NCBI GenBank assembly: GCA_030836155.1
Contig: JAURQI010000134.1
Coordinates: 17,639 to 81,638 of the forward strand
Direction of reading: 5' to 3'
Length of the DNA stretch: 64,000 nt
DNA from: Crocinitomix sp.
GTDB taxonomy: Bacteria; Bacteroidota; Bacteroidia; Flavobacteriales_D; Crocinitomicaceae
The notes under the pieces were generated by a model. That model was given only the letters and a program-made list of their open reading frames with translations, was not told the DNA's origin and did not search any database. The position numbers and the translations under genes are program-made. Shown here piece after piece: positions 57,210 to 64,000 of this stretch; positions within the stretch are counted from its first letter, which is position 1; every line of letters begins with the position of its first letter.

Positions 57210-59348
57210 TTATTCAGCTGGCTTGCTCTCTGGTTTAGGTAGAAGAACTTTTCTAGAAAGCTTGAATTTCTTCGTTTTCGGATCTTGTCCAATTACTTTG
57301 AATTTCAATACATCACCTTCTTTCACCACATCTTCTACTTTCTCAACACGTCGGTGCTCTAATTCAGAAATGTGAATTAAACCATCTGTACCCGGTAAAA
57401 TTTCTACGAAACAACCATAAGCTTGAATCGATTTCACTTTACCTTCGTATTCAGCACCAACTTCAACAGTAGGAGGGAATGCGATCAATTTGATACGTTT
57501 TAATGCAGCATCCATGTCTTCGGCATTGTTAGCAACGATTTGAACACTTCCTTCGCCATTTTCATTTTCGTCAATGGTGATGGTTGTATTCGTTTCTTTT
57601 TGCATTTCCTGAATGATTTTTCCTCCAGGGCCAATAATTGCTCCGATACAATCGTTAGGTACGATCAATCCTTCAATTCTTGGTGCGTTTGGTTTTAACT
57701 CAGTATTTGGTTTATCCAATGTTTTTAAGATTTCTCCTAAAATGTGTAAACGACCAGCTCTTGCTTGCTCTAAAGCTTCAGTTAAAACCTCGTAAGGTAA
57801 ACCGTCAACTTTAATATCCATTTGACAAGCAGTAATTCCGTCAGCAGTACCTGTTACTTTAAAGTCCATATCTCCTAAATGATCTTCATCACCAAGAATA
57901 TCAGAAAGTACACAGTATTTTCCGTCTGCATCTGTTATCAATCCCATTGCAATACCAGAGACTGGTTTTTTCAATTGGATACCACCGTCCATAAGCGCTA
58001 ATGTACCTGCACAAACGGTTGCCATTGAAGACGAACCGTTTGACTCTAAGATATCAGATACTAATCGAATAGTATATGGATTATCTTCTGGAAGCATGTT
58101 CTTCAAAGCTCTTAATGCCAAGTTACCATGTCCAATCTCTCTACGTGAAACGCCTCTAATCGGTCTTGCTTCGCCTGTTGAAAATGGTGGGAAGTTATAG
58201 TGCAACAAGAATTTTTCATAGCGCTTATCTGCCATAGTATCAATCATCTGCTCATCTAACTTACCACCAAGGGTAAGGGACGTCAATGATTGTGTTTCAC
58301 CACGCGTAAATACCGCAGAACCGTGCGCAGATGGCAAATAGTCAACTTCAGACCAAATTGGTCTGATTTCGTCCATTGCTCTTCCGTCTAAACGAATTCT
58401 TTCATCTAACATTACGCGTCTAACCGCTTCTTTCTTTGTTTTATTAAAATAAACAGAGATAAACGGCGCTTCAGCTTCTAACGTTTCTTCGTCTAATCCA
58501 TCAACATATTCTTGATAAATCTCTCTGAATAGCTCAGCTCTTTTGGACTTATCAGCTAATCCTTGGCGAGCAACAGCCATACATTTATCGAAAGTCGCTG
58601 CATGAATTTTAGCCTTAATATCTTCGTCATGTGTTTCGTGAGAGTACTCACGTTTTTCAGCAGAAACGCCAGCCTCAGCTGCAAGTTCTAATTGAAAAGC
58701 ACATTGCTTTTTAATTGCTTCGTGTGCGACTTTGATAATCTCGACAAGCTCAGCTTCTGAAATCTCGTGCATTTCACCTTCAACCATCACAATATTATCT
58801 GCTGTACCAGCAATGATAACATCTACATCCGATTGATCGAATTCTTCAAATGTTGGGTTAATCACCCAATTACCGTCAACGCGTCCTACACGTACTTCAG
58901 ACATTGGTCCACCAAATGGAAGATCGGAAACTGCAATTGCAGCAGATGCTGCAAATCCAGCCAATGAATCTGGCATGTTAACACCGTCAAATGAAATCAA
59001 TTGCATCATTAACTGTGTGTCGGCGTGATAATCACTTGGGAAAAGCGGTCTTAATGCTCTATCCACTAATCGCATAACAAGAATCTCGTCATCAGATGGT
59101 CTTGCTTCACGTTTTAGATAACCACCAGGGATTTTACCTCCTGCCGAGAATTTCTCTCTGTAGTCTACTGTGAGTGGTAAAAAATCCACTCCGGGTTTAG
59201 CATCTTGATTAGATACTACTGTAGAGAGAATCATTGTTCCTCCACATTTTACAACAACTGATCCATCAGCTTGTTTGGCAAGTTTCCCAGTTTCTACCGA
59301 GATTTCTCTACCATTGCCTACGTCAATTGTTTTTGTTATTACATTCAT
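57210..59348 (-). CDS. pnp: Polyribonucleotide nucleotidyltransferase
   Basis: [11 protein letters not shown]; FTRGETQ; RREIGHG; SNGSSSMA; GDMDFKV; KH and S1 domains. Confidence 0.98.
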   Translation of the reverse strand: MNVITKTIDVGNGREISVETGKLAKQADGSVVVKCGGTMILSTVVSNQDAKPGVDFLPLTVDYREKFSAGGKIPGGYLKREARPSDDEILVMRLVDRALRPLFPSDYHADTQLMMQLISFDGVNMPDSLAGFAASAAIAVSDLPFGGPMSEVRVGRVDGNWVINPTFEEFDQSDVDVIIAGTADNIVMVEGEMHEISEAELVEIIKVAHEAIKKQCAFQLELAAEAGVSAEKREYSHETHDEDIKAKIHAATFDKCMAVARQGLADKSKRAELFREIYQEYVDGLDEETLEAEAPFISVYFNKTKKEAVRRVMLDERIRLDGRAMDEIRPIWSEVDYLPSAHGSAVFTRGETQSLTSLTLGGKLDEQMIDTMADKRYEKFLLHYNFPPFSTGEARPIRGVSRREIGHGNLALRALKNMLPEDNPYTIRLVSDILESNGSSSMATVCAGTLALMDGGIQLKKPVSGIAMGLITDADGKYCVLSDILGDEDHLGDMDFKVTGTADGITACQMDIKVDGLPYEVLTEALEQARAGRLHILGEILKTLDKPNTELKPNAPRIEGLIVPNDCIGAIIGPGGKIIQEMQKETNTTITIDENENGEGSVQIVANNAEDMDAALKRIKLIAFPPTVEVGAEYEGKVKSIQAYGCFVEILPGTDGLIHISELEHRRVEKVEDVVKEGDVLKFKVIGQDPKTKKFKLSRKVLLPKPESKPAE

Positions 59349-59363
59349 ATGTGTGTGTATTGT

Positions 59364-59409
59364 GAAGTGGGGGCCTCTGTTAAATCCCGTTTATACGGGG
59401 TCCCACTTC
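59364..59409 (-). promoter_or_regulatory. Stem-loop in the pnp 5' region
   Basis: GAAGTGGG / CCCACTTC outer stem with inner CCCGT-ttat-ACGGG hairpin, ending 15 nt before the pnp ATG. Confidence 0.55.
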
Positions 59410-59458
59410 GGTTGTTTATTTATTATTTTCTTTAATACGTTTACTCAGGTCCGTTAAC

Positions 59459-59493
59459 AAAAAGGGCAATTGAAACTTTCGTTTCAATTGCCC
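59459..59493 (-). terminator. Intrinsic terminator of rpsO
   Basis: GGGCAATTGAAAC-GAAA-GTTTCAATTGCCC on the minus strand followed by U5. Confidence 0.85.
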
Positions 59494-59519
59494 CCCTCTT
59501 AAATATTTCAATCGATTAA

Positions 59520-59789
59520 TTATCGACGTAATTTCAATTCTTTTACAATCGCTCTGTATCGCTCAATGTCTGTCTTTTTCAAGTAGTCCAATAAGCTTCT
59601 TCTCTTACCAACGAGTAATTGAAGTGAACGTTGTGTACCGAAATCTTTTCGGTTCTTTTTTAAATGCTCAGTCAAGTGTGCAATTCTGTAAGTGAATAAT
59701 GCAATTTGACCTTCTGAGCTACCAGTATCAGTGTCACCCGATCCGTGCTTTTTAAATATTTCTTTTTTCTTTTCAGCTGATAAATACAT
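59520..59789 (-). CDS. rpsO: 30S ribosomal protein S15
   Basis: DTGSSEGQIALFT; HLKKNRKD; LLVGKRRSLLDYL. Confidence 0.98.
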   Translation of the reverse strand: MYLSAEKKKEIFKKHGSGDTDTGSSEGQIALFTYRIAHLTEHLKKNRKDFGTQRSLQLLVGKRRSLLDYLKKTDIERYRAIVKELKLRR

Positions 59790-59896
59790 GCCAATATTAT
59801 TTCAATGATTCTTATGTAATATACTCTTATCGTCGGCAAATATAGTACTAATTTCTAATAGCGGCTATTTTCCACCTATTTATTTAGGTTTTTATC

Positions 59897-60757
59897 TTAT
59901 TCTGTCGCTTTTTCCACTTTCAGCATACTGAATACCTGTGCTAATTTAGCTTTCAAATCTTTTCGATCAACAATCATATCTAAGAATCCATGCTCTAATA
60001 AAAACTCTGAACGTTGGAAACCTTCAGGAAGATCTCGACCCGTTGTTTCTTTCACAATTCTCGGTCCAGCAAAACCAATCAAAGCATTGGGTTCAGCCAT
60101 ATTGACATCTCCTAACATAGCGAAAGAAGCAGTAACACCGCCCGTTGTTGGATCCGTTAATAATGAAACAAAAGGTAATTGTGCAGCAGAAAGCTGATTT
60201 AATTTTGCAGATGTCTTGGCCATTTGCATTAATGAAAGACCCGCTTCCATCATTCTTGCTCCACCTGATTTTGAGATGATCAATAAAGGAGCATTAAGAT
60301 CCATGGCTTTATCTACAGCACGTGAAATCTTTTCTCCAACAACAGATCCCATAGACCCGCCAATAAAACTGAAATCCATTGCAGCTATTACCGCTACCTC
60401 GTTCTCTATTTTACCGTAAGCCACACGTATGGCATCTTTTAAGCCCGTTTTATCTTCCATCTTAGCAATGCGATCAACGTATTTTTTGGTGTCTTCAAAT
60501 TCAAGTGGATCCGCAGATGTAATACCTCTTGCAAATTCAGTTCCTTTATCGTTATCAAAAAGCATTTGGAAATAATCACCAGCCGTAAGGCGTTCATGAT
60601 GATTACAGTTTTTACAAATAGCTAAGTTTGTTTTATGTTCTTCGGATGTGATAACTGCCTTACACTTGGGGCATTTATACCATAACCCTTCAGGTGTTTC
60701 TTTTTTCTCTGCAGTTGAAGTGGAAATCCCTTCTTTCTTTCGCGTAAACCAACCCAT
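59897..60757 (-). CDS. accD: Acetyl-CoA carboxylase carboxyltransferase beta subunit
   Basis: Zinc finger CPKC...CKNC; MGSVVGEK; SGGARM; PTTGGVTASFA; FAGPRIV. Confidence 0.97.
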   Translation of the reverse strand: MGWFTRKKEGISTSTAEKKETPEGLWYKCPKCKAVITSEEHKTNLAICKNCNHHERLTAGDYFQMLFDNDKGTEFARGITSADPLEFEDTKKYVDRIAKMEDKTGLKDAIRVAYGKIENEVAVIAAMDFSFIGGSMGSVVGEKISRAVDKAMDLNAPLLIISKSGGARMMEAGLSLMQMAKTSAKLNQLSAAQLPFVSLLTDPTTGGVTASFAMLGDVNMAEPNALIGFAGPRIVKETTGRDLPEGFQRSEFLLEHGFLDMIVDRKDLKAKLAQVFSMLKVEKATE

Positions 60758-60799
60758 AGTATGTTTTATACAATTTGTGTAATGTTCTTGTTCTTAAAT

Positions 60800-61873
60800 T
60801 TAGGCAATTGAGATGGATTCATCAAGGTAAACATCTTGAATGGCATTTAGCAATTCAATTCCTACACCCATTTCTTTTTGGAAAGCCTTTCGTCCTGAAA
60901 TCAAACCATGACCGCCTGCACGTTTATTGATCACCGCTGTTTTAACAGCAGAAGCAAGGTCAGAAGCACCGCTTCCTGTTGAAGCACCACCTGAATTAAT
61001 CAATCCGTTTTTACCCATGTAGCAATTTGCCACCATATAACGCGTTAAATCAATCGGATTGTCAGATGTAAGTTCTGAGTATACCTTATCATGTGTTTTA
61101 CCAAAATTGATCGTATTATATCCAAAATTGGTTTCTGGTAATTTTTGTTTGATAATATCAGCTTGAATAGTTACTCCTAAGTGTGTAGCTTGTGAAGCAA
61201 TATCTGTTGCTGTGTGGAAATCTTTTCCGTCTTTTTTGAAACCTGGATTTCTAAGGTAGCACCATAAAATGGTCGTCATTCCCAATTCATGCGCACGTTC
61301 AAATGCTTGTGCAATTTCTACAATTTCACGCTCCGATCCTTCTGATCCAAAATAAATAGTCGCACCAACTGCAGTTGCACCTAAATTCCACGCTTCATCA
61401 ACCGACCCAAATTCAATTTGGTTATAAGTATTTGGATATGACAGAAACTCATTGTGATTCAACTTTACAATGAAAGGAATCTTGTGCGCATATTTTCTTG
61501 AGCAAGAAGCTAGGACTCCAAAAGTAGAAGCAACGCCACTACAACCTCCCTCCATTGCCAATTTTATAATGTTTTCTGGATCAAAATACATTGGATTTGG
61601 TGCAAAAGATGCTCCCGCTGAATGCTCAATTCCTTGATCAACCGGTAAAACAGATAAATAACCTGTTCCGCCTAAACGACCGTGGTCGTACAACGATTGA
61701 AGGTTTTTTAATACCTGTGGATTGCGATTAGAAGGACCAAAACTACGATCAACAAAATCACTACCAGGTAGTGTAAGCATTTCTTTTGAGATGGTTTCAC
61801 ATTTATGATTAAGGAGAGCTTCACCTTCGCTTCCCAGTAGTTCGATCACTTTGTTCGCAGCCATTACTTTCAT
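60800..61873 (-). CDS. fbaB: Class I fructose-bisphosphate aldolase
   Basis: [14 protein letters not shown]; [11 protein letters not shown]; ADIIKQK; [10 protein letters not shown]. Confidence 0.95.
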   Translation of the reverse strand: MKVMAANKVIELLGSEGEALLNHKCETISKEMLTLPGSDFVDRSFGPSNRNPQVLKNLQSLYDHGRLGGTGYLSVLPVDQGIEHSAGASFAPNPMYFDPENIIKLAMEGGCSGVASTFGVLASCSRKYAHKIPFIVKLNHNEFLSYPNTYNQIEFGSVDEAWNLGATAVGATIYFGSEGSEREIVEIAQAFERAHELGMTTILWCYLRNPGFKKDGKDFHTATDIASQATHLGVTIQADIIKQKLPETNFGYNTINFGKTHDKVYSELTSDNPIDLTRYMVANCYMGKNGLINSGGASTGSGASDLASAVKTAVINKRAGGHGLISGRKAFQKEMGVGIELLNAIQDVYLDESISIA

Positions 61874-62018
61874 TTAACGTTAATTTGAAGGGGCAAAATT
61901 AAAAAAACTTTCGATTCCTGAAGCATATTCAAACTTACGTTTTTCGGAATTGCATTGGATCGTCGCTGATCATCCAATGAGCAAGAAGAGATGAAATTAA
62001 AAAAATAGAAGGTTAATT

Positions 62019-62729
62019 CTATGATATGAGTGAATTCTTGTGTTGTTGAGTCCTTTCTTGAATAACAGCTAAAGCATGTATCAGCTGCTCTTCACGATTC
62101 ATTTGACTATTGTCTATAACAATGGCATCATCAGCTTGCTTAAGCGGACTGATATCTCGATTCATGTCAAGGTAATCTCTTCGTTGTAAGTCTTTAGCGA
62201 CTTGTTCTAAGCTCACATTTTCCCCTTTTGCTAGTAGTTCTTGATGTCTTCTTTCTGCGCGAATCCGATTAGAGGCAGTCATAAATAGTTTAACCTCGGC
62301 GTTTGGAAAAACAACTGTACCAATATCACGACCGTCCATGACAACACCGCCTTCATTGCCCATCTTTTGTTGTATGGAGACCAGTTTTTCTCGGACTTCA
62401 GCAATGGCACTAATTCCGCTTACATTTTTAGAAATGAGCGTTGTGCGAATGGCTTTCTCAACATTTTCGCCATTCAAATAGGTATCTGCATTTTTTGCAG
62501 AAGATGGTGCCTTAAATTCGATACGAATGGCATCCAGTTCATCTACCACTTGCTTTGTAATAAAAGCATCATCTTTCAAGATACCTTTATTCATCATGTG
62601 CAAAGTCACGGCTCTATACATAGCGCCACTATCTACATAAATGTAGTTTAATTCATGCGCGATTTCTTTTGCCAGCGTACTTTTTCCGCAAGATGAGTAT
62701 CCGTCTATGGCAATTGTAAGAGGTTTCAC
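62019..62729 (-). CDS. cmk: Cytidylate kinase
   Basis: IAIDGYSSCGKST; DSGAMYRA; VMDGRDIGTVVFP. Confidence 0.97.
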   Translation of the reverse strand: MKPLTIAIDGYSSCGKSTLAKEIAHELNYIYVDSGAMYRAVTLHMMNKGILKDDAFITKQVVDELDAIRIEFKAPSSAKNADTYLNGENVEKAIRTTLISKNVSGISAIAEVREKLVSIQQKMGNEGGVVMDGRDIGTVVFPNAEVKLFMTASNRIRAERRHQELLAKGENVSLEQVAKDLQRRDYLDMNRDISPLKQADDAIVIDNSQMNREEQLIHALAVIQERTQQHKNSLIS

Positions 62730-62796
62730 GGTAACAAATGTAAAGAATTGTGATGGCTTATGCCATTTTTTGATTTTAGATCTGCGTTAATTTTTA

Positions 62797-63962
62797 CTAA
62801 AGACTCTCACTTTCAAAAATAAATGAATAGTGTGTTCCCCCCGTCGTGCTTCTTTTTACTGTTCCTCCGAGCTGTTCAGTCAGAGCTTCGATTAGTTCCA
62901 ACCCAAACGAATCTTCATGAGCAGGTTCGATCCATTCGCCATTATCAGCATAGTTAAATTCAATGCTTTTATTTCCTGTTTGATTAGCCTTAATCCTTAT
63001 TGCGCCACTAGACTTATTTTGGAAAGCATATTTGAAAGAGTTAGACATGAGCTCGTTAAAAATGAGGGCCATAGGTACAATATTATTCGATGCTGCATGA
63101 TCTATTTTGATATCAAAGGTGATGTCCACTGGAATGTCCAGAGCGTAGGAATGGAGGATGTTTTTAGAAAGAGATTCAAAATAGGGTTCAAGTGCTATGC
63201 GGTCCAAATCTTTTGATTGGTACATCTGATTGTGAATAAGCGTCATGGCACTAATACGATCAATTGCTTCTTTGAAATGTTCGAGCGATGATTGGTTTTC
63301 AATTTCTCTCGATTGTAAGCGCAATAAACTAGTGATTACCTGTAAGTTGTTTTTAACAAGGTGATGAATCTCTTTGAGCATGGATGTTTTTTCCCGATTC
63401 TGTTCTGCACTAAAATATTCTTGCCCTTCAATTCGTTTAAGATGTTCTCATATTCAGCTACAGCAATGGCATTTCTTTTAAGAAAGAGATGAACTAAATA
63501 GGTGATCACAATAGAGCAGGTGAGAATATTGAATGACAAAGCGTATCGTGCAATAGGCGCCAAACTAGCGATTGAATTAATATTATCATTTAGATTAAAA
63601 ATGACATAATAAATCAATCCCAAAGCCTCGAAAATAAGTATGAGATTCCCGATACGTTTCCCCATAACAAAATAAGCAAATAGGGCCACAATGATCATCC
63701 ATAAAGGATCTGCGACATGATAGCCATTAGGAACGGTATTCATAAAGCCTACCACTAGAATAGGACCCGCAATAGCAAATAAATAGCCAGCAACTTTGTA
63801 ATTTTTTGTAACATAGGTGCTAATTGCAGCTATTACACAAATAAAAAATCCCAAGCCTGTAAAAAGTGTGGCAGGTTGATCGAGATAAATAAAAACAGAG
63901 AGTAAGATAGCTAAGAATCCGGTCAAAATGAGGGCTAAATTCAACGAAAGCGCATAGCGCAT
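62797..63962 (-). pseudogene. Membrane sensor histidine kinase (HisKA_2 type) split by a 1-nt frameshift
   Basis: TM N-terminus in ORF 63336-63962; at 63403-63404 the sequence reads GTG CAG AA CAG AAT CGG GAA AAA ACA TCC ATG CTC AAA GAG ATT CAT CAC (one base missing); the H-box reads HHLVKNNLQ; NELMSNSFKYAF; GLELI. Confidence 0.85.
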
Positions 63963-64000
63963 CTTATTGAAGATTCGTTCTTGTAGGTTTTTTTGATCTT

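Noticed and set aside
59790-59836. S15-binding ribosomal leader upstream of rpsO
   Set aside because: A leader of about 42 nt exists after TATATTTG (59844-59837), but I could not find a convincing structure by eye; an Rfam scan would be needed.
51-63216. The many short overlapping or antisense ORFs in the supplied track (e.g. 51-338, 5567-6019, 25668-26252, 41685-42059)
   Set aside because: They are shadows of well-supported genes on the other strand or frame and have no recognisable motifs.

Overview
This 64-kb window is chromosomal DNA from a Bacteroidota bacterium, probably Flavobacteriales and possibly Crocinitomicaceae-like. The assignment is inferred from TAnnTTTG -7 promoters, T9SS C-terminal sorting domains, absent Shine-Dalgarno motifs and a short RpoD. 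It holds about 55 genes. Housekeeping genes include lipA, rseP, dnaB, ribD, xerD, aroQ, purK/purE, rpmH (missed by the ORF track), rpoD-type sigma, rpsO-pnp, accD, fbaB and cmk. There is also an Rrf2-DUF2061-cysH-cysD-cysN sulfate-activation cluster, a peptidase/peptide-transporter cluster, ABC systems and several T9SS cargo genes. No rRNA, tRNA, CRISPR array, transposase or prophage gene was recognised. The most notable observations are: (1) a structured 95-bp tandem array between rseP and a PorE-like gene with a perfect -7 promoter pointing into it; (2) a promoter-to-terminator unit of about 96 nt with no ORF (candidate sRNA or attenuator); (3) seven genes whose start codon lies 4-5 nt after the -7 box (candidate leaderless mRNAs); (4) xerD and aroQ overlapping head-to-head; (5) four disrupted accessory genes, two of them T9SS cargo genes joined out of frame to half a sorting domain; (6) an acyltransferase-3 gene coupled between purK and purE. 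All calls come from reading the sequence by eye; no database searches or folding programs were run.
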